The translations under genes were made by a program, and so were the position numbers. DNA of 64,000 nucleotides from NCBI GenBank assembly GCA_041611735.1, contig JBFIML010000008.1, positions 32,001 through 96,000 of the forward strand. The letters run 5' to 3'. The notes beneath the pieces were generated by a model that did not search any database, was not told the DNA's origin, and was given only the letters and a program-made list of their open reading frames with translations. This document shows positions 40,209 to 52,885 of the stretch, one piece after another; within the stretch, counting starts at the first letter, position 1, and every line of letters begins with the position of its first letter. Origin of the DNA: Myxococcota bacterium (GTDB lineage: Bacteria > Myxococcota_A > UBA9160 > PR03).

Positions 40209-41384
40209 ATGTATCTGGACCTCACTCCCGAGCAGCAGGCCCTGCGCGACCAGCTGCGCGCCTACTTCGCCACGCTCATGACTCCGGACCTCGAGGAGGA
40301 GATCCGGGGCAGCGAGGGAGGCGGACCGCTCTACCGAGAGGTCTTGCGCCGCATGGGCGAGGATGGCTGGCTCGGCATCGGGTGGCCCAAGGAGTACGGC
40401 GGGCAGGGGCGCTCACACATCGAGCAGCTCATCTTCGCCGACGAGGTGCAGCGGGCCGGCTTCCCCCTCCCCTTCCTGACCCTGCATACCGTCGGTCCGA
40501 CGCTCATGCAGTTCGGGACGGAGGCGCAGCGGCGCGAGCTGCTGCCCCGCATCCTGCGCGGCCAGTGCCATTTCGCCATCGGCTACTCGGAGCCCGGAGC
40601 GGGCACCGACCTGGCGTCGCTCCAGACCCGGGCCGTACGCGACGGCGACGAGTACGTGGTCAACGGCCAGAAGGTCTTCACGAGCCTCGCGGACTTCGCC
40701 GACTACATCTGGCTGGCAGTTCGCACCGATCCCCGGGCGCCCAAGCACCGTGGCATCTCGATCCTCATGGTGGACACCCAGCTCCCCGGCTTCAAGCTGA
40801 CCCCGACCTGGACCATGGGCGACGTGCGCACCAACACCACCTGGTACGAGGACGTGCGGGTGCCGGTGCGCATGCTGGTGGGGCGCGAGAACGAGGGCTG
40901 GGGCCTGATCGTGAACCAGCTCAACTACGAGCGCATCTCGCTCACGCCCTACGGTCCGCTGGCGCGGCTGCTGGAGGAGACGCGCGCCTGGGCGCACAAG
41001 ACCGAGCTCGCGGGAGGAGAGCGGGTCATCGACCGGCCCTGGGTGCGCGAGCGGCTGGCGCGTGTCCACGCGGGACTCGAAGCGCTCAAGCTCATGCACT
41101 GGAAGCAGGCCTGGGCCATGACGCGCGGGATGCTCCAGGCGGCGGACGCGTCGGCCCTCAAGGTGTACGCCAGCGAGTTCTACGTGGAGGCCTATCGCCA
41201 TCTGATGGAAGTCTTCGGGCCCGGCGCGGCGCTCCAGCGCGGGTCGGCCGGAGCGGTGCTGCGCGGGCGGCTCGAGCGCATGTACCGGGCCACCTTGATC
41301 CTCACCTTCGGGGGCGGCACCAACGAGGTGCAGCGCGACATCATCGCCATGGCCGGCCTCGGCCTGCCAAGGGGACGTTCTTGA
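40209..41384 (+). CDS. fadE26: Steroid side-chain acyl-CoA dehydrogenase, FadE26/ChsE4-like
   Basis: AYFATLMTP, IGYSEPGAGTDLA, TSLADFADY, LTFGGGTNEVQRD. Confidence 0.75.
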   Translation: MYLDLTPEQQALRDQLRAYFATLMTPDLEEEIRGSEGGGPLYREVLRRMGEDGWLGIGWPKEYGGQGRSHIEQLIFADEVQRAGFPLPFLTLHTVGPTLMQFGTEAQRRELLPRILRGQCHFAIGYSEPGAGTDLASLQTRAVRDGDEYVVNGQKVFTSLADFADYIWLAVRTDPRAPKHRGISILMVDTQLPGFKLTPTWTMGDVRTNTTWYEDVRVPVRMLVGRENEGWGLIVNQLNYERISLTPYGPLARLLEETRAWAHKTELAGGERVIDRPWVRERLARVHAGLEALKLMHWKQAWAMTRGMLQAADASALKVYASEFYVEAYRHLMEVFGPGAALQRGSAGAVLRGRLERMYRATLILTFGGGTNEVQRDIIAMAGLGLPRGRS

Positions 41385-41459
41385 CGAATTGACTTCTTCC
41401 GGCGGCGTGCCATCGGGCCCGGCGGCTTGTAAAGCAGTCAATGAGTCAGGAACTTCCCC
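41371..41459. repeat. Inverted-repeat element, copy 2
   Basis: GGGGACGTTCTTGACGAATTGACTTC..GCAGTCAATGAGTCAGGAACTTCCCC. Confidence 0.8.
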
Positions 41460-41470
41460 GGAGCGAGAGC

Positions 41471-42610
41471 ATGGACTTCGGTTTCACCGAGGAGCAGCAG
41501 GCGCTTCGCGAGCTGGCGCGCAAGATCCTTGCGGATCGCGTCACGCCGGATCGTTTGCGGGAGATCGAGCGAAGCGACGAGGGCATCGACCGCGAGCTGT
41601 GGGCCGAGCTGGCCAAGGCGAACCTGCTCGGGAGCTGCCTGCCCGAGTCGGTGGACGGGAGCGGGCTCGGCTTCTTCGAGCTGTGTCTCCTGCTCCAGGA
41701 AGCGGGCCGGACGGTCGCGCCGCTCCCCCTGTGGGCGACGCTCGTCCTCGGCGCCCTGCCGCTCGCCGAGTTCGGGAGCGCCGCCCAGCGCGAGCGCTGG
41801 CTCCCGGCGGTGGTTCGCGGCGAGGCCTTCCTCACCGCAGCGCTCTTCGAGCCGGACTCCCTGGACCCGACCCGCCCCACGACCCGCGCCGAACGTGTCG
41901 ACGGCGGCTGGCGCCTCTCGGGCGAGAAGCTGTGTGTTCCAGCCGCGCCGGTCGCGGCCCGGGTACTCGTTCCGGCCCGCTTCGCCTCGGGCGGCGTCGG
42001 GATGTTCCTGCTCGACCCACATGCCGATGGCGTCGCGCTCGAGCGCCAGATCGCCACGAATCACGAGGTGCTGGGACGCCTGGTGCTCAGCCGCGCGTCG
42101 GTCGCCGACGCGGACCGGCTCGGCGGCGAACAGGAGGGCCAGGCCGCAATCCGCTGGCTGGCGGACCGGGCGGTGGTGGCTCTCTGCGCCCTCCAGCTCG
42201 GGGTGGTCGAGCGCGCCCTCGAGATCACGGCCCGCTACGTGGCCGAGCGCCGCCAGTTCGACCGCCCCATCGGCAGCTTCCAGGCCGTGCACCAACGCGC
42301 CGGGGATGCCTACATCGACGTGGAGCTGATCCGCCTCACCACCTGGCAGGCGGCCTGGCGTCTGGACCAGGGCATGCCGTCGACGGGAGAGATCGCCGTG
42401 GCCAAGTTCTTCGCTTCGGAGGCCGGCCATCGGATCGTGTACGCAGCCCAGCATCTCCACGGCGGGATTGGCGTCGACGTGGACTACCCGATCCACCGCT
42501 ACTACCTGTGGGCGCGCGAGATCGAGCTGACGCTCGGCTCCGGAGCCCGCCAGCTCGAGCGGCTCGGGGAGGAGCTGGCGCGCAGCCCCGCGACGGCCGC
42601 GATCGGGTAG
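41471..42610 (+). CDS. fadE27: Acyl-CoA dehydrogenase partner subunit, FadE27/ChsE5-like
   Basis: [37 protein letters not shown]; follows fadE26-like gene. Confidence 0.72.
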   Translation: MDFGFTEEQQALRELARKILADRVTPDRLREIERSDEGIDRELWAELAKANLLGSCLPESVDGSGLGFFELCLLLQEAGRTVAPLPLWATLVLGALPLAEFGSAAQRERWLPAVVRGEAFLTAALFEPDSLDPTRPTTRAERVDGGWRLSGEKLCVPAAPVAARVLVPARFASGGVGMFLLDPHADGVALERQIATNHEVLGRLVLSRASVADADRLGGEQEGQAAIRWLADRAVVALCALQLGVVERALEITARYVAERRQFDRPIGSFQAVHQRAGDAYIDVELIRLTTWQAAWRLDQGMPSTGEIAVAKFFASEAGHRIVYAAQHLHGGIGVDVDYPIHRYYLWAREIELTLGSGARQLERLGEELARSPATAAIG

Positions 42611-42742
42611 TCGGCAAGCGGAGCGCGCAGCGAGGCGCAGCCGAGCGAAGTTCATCGGCAAGCGAAGCGCGCAGCGAGGCGCAGCCGAGCGAAGTTCATC
42701 GGCAAGCGAAGCGCGCAGCGAGGCGCAGCCGAGCGAAGTCTA
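42611..42742. repeat. Direct tandem repeat, 3 x 44 bp
   Basis: TCGGCAAGCG(G/A)AGCGCGCAGCGAGGCGCAGCCGAGCGAAGT(TC/CT)A starting at 42611, 42655 and 42699. Confidence 0.92.
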
Positions 42743-43216
42743 TCCAAGCGGTGGCACGAAGAGGGTGATCGTCTCGTACACCACCGCAGGGCGATCGTTC
42801 CCCACCACGTGGATGTGGTTCTCGAACACGATCTGCGTGCCCTTCGGCTTCTTCTCCACGGCCTTCAAGCGCCCGCGCATGTGGATCTTGCTCCCGGCCA
42901 GGACCGGCCCCGTGAAGCGCAGCTTGTCGGAGCCGTAGTTCACCACGTTCCCGAAGCCAGTCAGGGCAAAGGTCGGCTTGGGGGTCAGGCTCGGCAGCAG
43001 CGACAGGGTGAGGAAGCCGTGGGCCACGGGCCCCCCGAATGGGCTCTGCTTCCTGGCGCGTTCCACGTCCACGTGGATCCACTGGTGATCCCCGGTCAGA
43101 TCCGCGAACTGCTCGATCATCTCCTGGGTCACCGTCATCTCGGGTCCCCAGGGTCCGAACTCCTCGCTCACCTGCTTGCGGATGCTCTCGACGTCATCGA
43201 AGCGGATCGGGTCCAT
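42740..43216 (-). CDS. MaoC-family dehydratase
   Basis: FADLTGDHQWIHVD..AHGFLTLSL..NYGSDKLRF. Confidence 0.9.
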   Translation of the reverse strand: MDPIRFDDVESIRKQVSEEFGPWGPEMTVTQEMIEQFADLTGDHQWIHVDVERARKQSPFGGPVAHGFLTLSLLPSLTPKPTFALTGFGNVVNYGSDKLRFTGPVLAGSKIHMRGRLKAVEKKPKGTQIVFENHIHVVGNDRPAVVYETITLFVPPLG

Positions 43217-43239
43217 GCCACACTCCTCCTGGCCGACAG

Positions 43240-44151
43240 TCATTGGGGCGGGACGGTGAAGCCGTCCTTCACCGGCTCGAGCTTCTCGAAGTGGGGACCG
43301 AGCTGATCGTCGAGGGCCTCCACGGTCCAGCGCTCGGCACTCTCGAAGCGGGTGTGGAGGGTGGGTCTCCCCACCACGGTCACGTTGCGTCCCCAGACCA
43401 CGAAGACCTGGCCCGAGATGCGATCCGCCTTCGGAGAGGCCAGATAGACCACGAGTGGCGTCACGTTCTCGGGCGCGAAGTGGTCGAAGCCCTGCTCGGG
43501 CTTCTGGAAGATCGCTGCCACCGGGCCCGCCAGGGTCATGCGCGTGCGGGCCCGGGGCATCACCACGTTGGCGGTGACCCCGTACTTCTGGCACAGCTGG
43601 GCCGCGCCCATGGTGAGGGCGACGATTCCCGCCTTGGCGGCGGCGTAGTTGGGCTGGCCGGGGTTTCCGAACAGGAAGGCTTCGGAGGAGGTGCTGATCA
43701 GACGGCCGTAGAGGGGACCCCCTCGGGCCTTGGACTGCTCGCGCCACCAGGCGGTGGCGTGCCGCATGGTGCAGAAGTGACCTTTCAGGTGGACGCGCAC
43801 CACCGCGTCGAAATCCTCCTCGCTCATGTTGAAGAGGGTGGCGTCACGCAGGAAGCCGGCGTTGTTGACGAGGATGTCGAGGTCGCCGAACTCGGAGAGG
43901 GCGGTCTCGATCAGGCGCTTGGCATCGTTCCAATCGGCGACGTCGCCGAAGTGCGGGACCGCCTCGCCGCCCGCGGCGCGGATCTCGTCCACCACCGCGC
44001 GAGCCGCGCTCTCGTCGCGCCCGGTGCCGTCGGCCCGGGTGCCGAGATCGTTCACCACCAGCCGCGCCCCGTGCCGAGCCAGGTCGAGGGCCTCGAGCCG
44101 GCCGAGCCCATGGGCTGCTCCGGTGACGATCGCAACCTTGCCGTCGAGCAT
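43240..44151 (-). CDS. SDR oxidoreductase, Hsd4A/ChsB1-like
   Basis: TGAAHGLG, NNAG, YGRLISTSSEA, NYAAAKAG. Confidence 0.85.
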   Translation of the reverse strand: MLDGKVAIVTGAAHGLGRLEALDLARHGARLVVNDLGTRADGTGRDESAARAVVDEIRAAGGEAVPHFGDVADWNDAKRLIETALSEFGDLDILVNNAGFLRDATLFNMSEEDFDAVVRVHLKGHFCTMRHATAWWREQSKARGGPLYGRLISTSSEAFLFGNPGQPNYAAAKAGIVALTMGAAQLCQKYGVTANVVMPRARTRMTLAGPVAAIFQKPEQGFDHFAPENVTPLVVYLASPKADRISGQVFVVWGRNVTVVGRPTLHTRFESAERWTVEALDDQLGPHFEKLEPVKDGFTVPPQ

Positions 44152-44161
44152 GCCGTCTCCC

Positions 44162-48161
<4,000 letters not shown>

Positions 48162-48164
48162 CGA

Positions 48165-49142
48165 CTAGCCCGCCGGCCGGAAGACGGGGAGCTTCAGCTC
48201 CTCGTCCACGTTCTCGATGCTCGCCTGGAGCCGCATGCCAATCGCCACCTTCTCGGGATCGCAGCCCACGACGTTGGCCACCATCCGCGTGCCTTCCTCG
48301 AGCTCGATGAGCCCCACCACCAGGGGATACTCGTAGCCCGGAAAGCGAGGGTGATGGAGGACCGTGTAGCTGTGGAGCGTACCCCGCCCCCGGGCGGGCA
48401 CCGCGCCCCACTCGAGGGACTGGCATTTCCCGCACATGGGGCGCGGCGGATGGCGCAGCGTGCCGCAGGCGCTACAGCGCTGGATCAGCAGCTCGCCCCG
48501 GTCGATTCCCTCCCACCACCAGGCGTTGTCGTGGCCCCGGGGCGCACGCATGCGGCGGGGCTGGCTGGCTGTGGCTGGCTGCGGGGAGGCCTGCGGCTCC
48601 TGGGCGGGCTTGAACTTCAGCACGCGGAAGGTCATCCAGCCGACCTCTTGCCCCTGCTGGTCTCGGAAGACCGTCCGCGTGTCGATGAAATATCCGATTC
48701 CAAGGGCGGTCGCCTTCTGCTCGGAGATGGACTCGATCGTGGTGGTGGCGGTCACGCGGTCACCGGGTCGCAGGTAGCGCCGGTACTCCTGCTCGCAGTC
48801 CGTGGCCACGACCGAGGGGTAGCCGTGCGCGCTGAGCAACTGGTGCAGCTCCTGCTGCTTGTCGCGGGGACCGTCGCCCACCTGCGCCATCTCGACTCCG
48901 CCCAGGATCCAGGCCTGCAGCATGGTGGGCGGCGCCACGAGCCCATGGTGCACGGAAGCGACCGCCGCCTGCGGGTCCGTGTACACCGGGTTGCGGTCGC
49001 CGAGGGCCTCGCACCAGTGGCGGATCATGGCCTCGTTCACGGGGACCGGGCCTACGCCGGGCGGACCGGTCTCGATGCCCACGTAGGCCCGCAACCGCTT
49101 CTCGAAGGCCTGCTGGTCGCGCTTCTGCAGACTCACGTTCAC
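48165..49142 (-). CDS. chsH2: ChsH2-like MaoC plus DUF35/OB-fold protein (alternative GTG start at 49136)
   Basis: VNEAMIRHWCEA..APPTMLQAW..VVATDCEQEY; CSACG..HPPRPMCGKC. Confidence 0.85.
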   Translation of the reverse strand: MNVSLQKRDQQAFEKRLRAYVGIETGPPGVGPVPVNEAMIRHWCEALGDRNPVYTDPQAAVASVHHGLVAPPTMLQAWILGGVEMAQVGDGPRDKQQELHQLLSAHGYPSVVATDCEQEYRRYLRPGDRVTATTTIESISEQKATALGIGYFIDTRTVFRDQQGQEVGWMTFRVLKFKPAQEPQASPQPATASQPRRMRAPRGHDNAWWWEGIDRGELLIQRCSACGTLRHPPRPMCGKCQSLEWGAVPARGRGTLHSYTVLHHPRFPGYEYPLVVGLIELEEGTRMVANVVGCDPEKVAIGMRLQASIENVDEELKLPVFRPAG

Positions 49143-49145
49143 TCC

Positions 49146-49233
49146 GGGGACGTTCTTGGCCGATCGACTCTTGCCGAGAACGTCAAGCTTGCCGATGCGA
49201 TCGGGGAAAAGTCAATCAGTCAAGAACGTCCCC
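49146..49233. repeat. Inverted-repeat element, copy 4
   Basis: GGGGACGTTCTTGGCCGATCGACTC..AAAAGTCAATCAGTCAAGAACGTCCCC. Confidence 0.8.
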
Positions 49234-50407
49234 GGCCTCGGGGCAGGCGCAGGCCAGCCCCGGCGATGATGTCGCGCTGCACCTCGTTCACGCCTCCCCC
49301 GAAGGTCAGGGTCACGGCGGCCCGGTAGGCCTGTTCCAGGAGACCCCCGAAAAGCGCGCCGGGCTGCCCCGCGCGGATCCGGCCCGCCGGACCCACGACC
49401 TCCAGGAGCAGCCGGTAGCACTCCACGAAGAACTCGGTCCCCATCACCTTGACCGCCGACGCCTCCGCCATCTCGGGCTCGCCCGCCGCCACCGACCAGG
49501 CCGAGTGCCAGTTCAGCAGCTTGAGTGCCTCGAGCCGGGCATGGACGCGCGCGAGATCGAGCTGGACCCAGGGCTGGTCCAGCATCCGGCCGCCGTCGGG
49601 CGCTGGCGTGTGCGCGGCCCAGGCCCAGACCTCGTCGAGCAGCCGGTCTGCCAGGCCCGGGCACGCGAGGGTGATGCGCTCGTGGTTGAGCTGCTCGGTG
49701 ATCAGGCTCCAGCCGCCGTGCTCGGGCCCGACCCGGTTCGTCACCGGGATCCGGACGTTCTCGTACCAGGTGGAGTTGGTGCGCTCGCCGCCCAACGTGT
49801 GGATGGGCGTCACCGAGAAACCCGGACAGTCCGTCGGCACCAGCAGGATCGAGATGCCCTTGTGGCGGGGAGCCTCGGGATCGGTGCGGGCGGCCAGCCA
49901 GATGTAGTCGGCGTCGTGGGCGTGGGTCGTGTAGAGCTTCTGGCCGTTGATCACGTACTCGTCGCCGTCACGGACCGCCCGCGTCTGGAGCGACGCCAGG
50001 TCGGTGCCGGCCGCCGGCTCCGTGTAGCCCACGCCGAAGAAGAGCTCGCCGCGCAGGATGCGGGGCAGCAGCTGGCGCTTCTGGGCTTCGCTCCCGTGAC
50101 GGATCAGGGTGGGTCCGATCGTGTTGACGGAGATCACCGGGAGCGGCGCCCGGGCCCGGTAGGTCTCGTCCCAGAAGATGAACTGCTCGATTGCGGAGCG
50201 GCCCCGTCCGCCGTACTCCCGCGGCCAGCCGAGCCCGAGCCAGCCGTCGCGGCCCATGCGGCCCACGACCTGGCGGAAGACGGGTCCGCCCATCTCCTCG
50301 AACTCCGCATCCAGAGCGCGTCGCAGCTCGGGAGTGAAGAGCTCCCGGTAGTAGCTGCGGATCTCCTTGCGGAGGGCCTGCTGCTCGGGGGTGAAGTCGA
50401 GGTACAT
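49220..50407 (-). CDS. fadE29: Steroid acyl-CoA dehydrogenase, FadE29/ChsE2-like
   Basis: GYTEPAAGTDLASL, TTHAHDADYIWLA, TFGGGVNEVQRD. Confidence 0.78.
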   Translation of the reverse strand: MYLDFTPEQQALRKEIRSYYRELFTPELRRALDAEFEEMGGPVFRQVVGRMGRDGWLGLGWPREYGGRGRSAIEQFIFWDETYRARAPLPVISVNTIGPTLIRHGSEAQKRQLLPRILRGELFFGVGYTEPAAGTDLASLQTRAVRDGDEYVINGQKLYTTHAHDADYIWLAARTDPEAPRHKGISILLVPTDCPGFSVTPIHTLGGERTNSTWYENVRIPVTNRVGPEHGGWSLITEQLNHERITLACPGLADRLLDEVWAWAAHTPAPDGGRMLDQPWVQLDLARVHARLEALKLLNWHSAWSVAAGEPEMAEASAVKVMGTEFFVECYRLLLEVVGPAGRIRAGQPGALFGGLLEQAYRAAVTLTFGGGVNEVQRDIIAGAGLRLPRGRGRS

Positions 50408-50459
50408 GGTGCTCCGCTGCGATCGGGCGCGGCACGGCCCTGGCGGATGTGCTCCCGCC

Positions 50460-51260
50460 CTAGCGTCCCTTGAAGGCCGGCTTGCGCTTCTGCGCGAAGG
50501 CGCGCGGCCCTTCCCGGGCATCCTCGCTGGCGAAGACGGGCAGGCCGATCTGGAGCTCGGTCTTCAACGCCTCGCTCTCGGGAACCCCCTCCGTCTCCCG
50601 CAGCGCGCGCAGCACGGCCTGCACGGCCAGGGGTCCGTTCTCGGCGATCTGCCCGGCAATCTCCCGCGCGCGGTCCAAGGCCTGGCCGTCCGGGACCACG
50701 TGACCGATCAATCCGATCCCGAGCGCCTCGCGCGCGGAGAGGTGACGACCCGTCAGGAGCATCTCTGCAGCGTGCGTGTAGGAAATCTGGCGGCGCAGCC
50801 GCACCGTGGAGCCGCCCAACGGGAAGAGCCCCCAACGCACCTCCGAGACGCCGAAGCGGGCGCTCTCGCCCGCGACGCGGACGTCCGTGGCCTGCAGGAT
50901 CTCCGTGCCGCCGGCCACCGCCGGGCCCTCCACGGCTGCCACCAGCGGCTTCCGGGGCCGCTGCTGGCGCAGGAGCGCCTTCCACTGCAGGTCCGGATCC
51001 TCGACGAAGCGGCGCTTCCACGGGTCGTCGCCCGCGTGCCCCCCGGCGAGCGCCTTCAGGTCCGCCCCGGCGCAGAAGCAGCCTCCGGCCCCGGTCAGGA
51101 TCGCCGCCCGCACGTCCGGGTCGGCGTCGATCGCCTGCCAGGCGTCGGCCATGCGAGCCAGCATCTCGGGACTGAACGCATTGCGGGCCTCGGGCCGGTT
51201 CAGGGTCACGACCACCACCTGGCCCTCGCGCTCCATGAGCACGTGCGGGGACTCGGCCAT
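50460..51260 (-). CDS. echA19: Enoyl-CoA hydratase EchA19-like
   Basis: AVEGPAVAGGTEILQATD, GHVVPDGQAL, EDAREGPRAFAQKR. Confidence 0.82.
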   Translation of the reverse strand: MAESPHVLMEREGQVVVVTLNRPEARNAFSPEMLARMADAWQAIDADPDVRAAILTGAGGCFCAGADLKALAGGHAGDDPWKRRFVEDPDLQWKALLRQQRPRKPLVAAVEGPAVAGGTEILQATDVRVAGESARFGVSEVRWGLFPLGGSTVRLRRQISYTHAAEMLLTGRHLSAREALGIGLIGHVVPDGQALDRAREIAGQIAENGPLAVQAVLRALRETEGVPESEALKTELQIGLPVFASEDAREGPRAFAQKRKPAFKGR

Positions 51261-51294
51261 GCCGCCTCCCGGGCGCGATCGCCCTTGCCGGACG

Positions 51295-51314
51295 GATTGA
51301 AACATGTTCTAATC
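51295..51314. promoter_or_regulatory. KstR-type operator 3 between divergent echA19 operon and P450
   Basis: GATTGAAACATGTTCTAATC, identical over 20 bp to 26009-26028. Confidence 0.85.
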
Positions 51315-51370
51315 TGCTTGTAAAGCGGGCACCGGGTGGCCGGGCCAGCACTCCGACCGGGAGAATCCGC

Positions 51371-52579
51371 ATGGCCCTGGCGGACGTCGATCTCTGCGAC
51401 CTGGACCTGTTCGCCGACGGGTTCCCGCACCAGCACTTCACCCGTCTGCGCGCCGAGGCTCCGATCGTCTGGAACCCCGAGTCCGACGGACCCGGCTTCT
51501 TCGCGATCACGCGCCACGCCCACGCCGTGCGCATCTCCAGGGATCCCCACAGCTTCTCCTCCCATTCGGGCACCAACATCCGCGACCATGCCCCCGACGA
51601 CCTGGTCCACATCCAGGCGCAGCTCGTGAACATGGATCCGCCGCAGCACGTGAAGTACCGCCAGCTCGTGCGGCGCGGTTTCACGCCGCGCCAGATCGCT
51701 GCCCTCGAGCCCCACGTGCGGGAGCTCACCCGCAAGATCGTGGACCGGATTGCACACAAGGGCGAATGCGACTTCGTCACCGACGTGGCGGCCGAGCTCC
51801 CGCTGCAGGTGATCCTCGAGATGATGGGGGTGCCGGTGGAAGACCGGCACCTGATCTTCGACCTGAGCAACCGCCTGATCGGCTTCGACGACCCGGAGTT
51901 CCAGACCTCGATCGAGGACGGTCGCCGCGCCGCCGCCGAGATGTGGGGTTACGCGCACCAGATGGCGCAGGAACGCCGCGCAAAGCCCTGCGAGGACCTG
52001 GTCACCAGCCTGCTCGACGGCCAGGTGGACGGCCAGCGCCTGACCGACGTGGAGTTCAACAACTTCTTCCTGCTGCTGGCGGTGGCCGGGAACGAGACCA
52101 CGCGCAACGCAATCTCCGGCGGCGTGCTGGCCCTGATCGAGCATCCCTCGGAGCGGGCCCGGCTGCTCGCCGAGCCGGGCCTGATCCCGAAGGCCGTGGA
52201 GGAGATCCTGCGCTGGGTCACCCCGGTGATCCACTTCCGGCGCACGGCCACCCGCGACGTGGATCTGGACGGTCAGCCGGTCCGGGCCGGCCAGAAGCTG
52301 GTGATGTTCTACCCCTCGGCCAACCGCGACGAGGCGGTGTTCCAGGACCCGTTCCGCTTCGACGTGGGACGCCGGCGCAACCCGCACCTGGCCTTCGGGA
52401 TCGGGGAGCACTTCTGCCTGGGGGCCCATCTCGCCCGGCTCGAGATCCGCGTCATGCTCGAGGAGCTGCTGCAACGGCTCCCGGACATGGAGCTGGCGGC
52501 AGCGCCCCGCCGGCTGCGCTCCAACTTCATCAACGGCATCAAGGAGATGCGGGTCCGCTTCACGCCCGAGGCGGGCTAG
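51371..52579 (+). CDS. Cytochrome P450, CYP125/CYP142-like
   Basis: MDPPQH, LAVAGNETTRN, EILR, FGIGEHFCLG. Confidence 0.88.
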   Translation: MALADVDLCDLDLFADGFPHQHFTRLRAEAPIVWNPESDGPGFFAITRHAHAVRISRDPHSFSSHSGTNIRDHAPDDLVHIQAQLVNMDPPQHVKYRQLVRRGFTPRQIAALEPHVRELTRKIVDRIAHKGECDFVTDVAAELPLQVILEMMGVPVEDRHLIFDLSNRLIGFDDPEFQTSIEDGRRAAAEMWGYAHQMAQERRAKPCEDLVTSLLDGQVDGQRLTDVEFNNFFLLLAVAGNETTRNAISGGVLALIEHPSERARLLAEPGLIPKAVEEILRWVTPVIHFRRTATRDVDLDGQPVRAGQKLVMFYPSANRDEAVFQDPFRFDVGRRRNPHLAFGIGEHFCLGAHLARLEIRVMLEELLQRLPDMELAAAPRRLRSNFINGIKEMRVRFTPEAG

Positions 52580-52595
52580 GAGCCGGGGGAGCGGC

Positions 52596-52796
52596 TCAGC
52601 TCTCGACGATCGAGATCGCCTGGCGGGGGCAGATCGCCTCCGCCTCCTTCAGCTTGGTGCGCAGCTCCTCGCCGGGCTGCTCGACGAGGATGTGGAGGTT
52701 GTCGTCCTCGTCGACCCGGAACACCTCCGGGCAGACCTCCATGCACAGTGCGTTCGCCTCGCACAGATCGAAGTCCACCTTCACCCGAAGCGCCAT
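52596..52796 (-). CDS. 3Fe-4S ferredoxin
   Basis: CEANALC..CPRQAI; RBS AGGGAGG. Confidence 0.88.
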   Translation of the reverse strand: MALRVKVDFDLCEANALCMEVCPEVFRVDEDDNLHILVEQPGEELRTKLKEAEAICPRQAISIVES

Positions 52797-52885
52797 CGCC
52801 TCCTCCCTTGCGCGTCCGACGGCGCCAGACCATACCACGCCGCCCGCCGGATGGTGAAGCGGCCCGCCCGGCTGGTGCGTGCGGC

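Noticed and set aside
41441-41470. ORF-track start for the fadE27-like gene at 41441
   Set aside because: This ATG lies inside the inverted-repeat element; ATG 41471 has a GGAG RBS and the typical MDF start
42611-42742. Possible CRISPR array
   Set aside because: Repeats are contiguous with no unique spacers, and no cas genes are present
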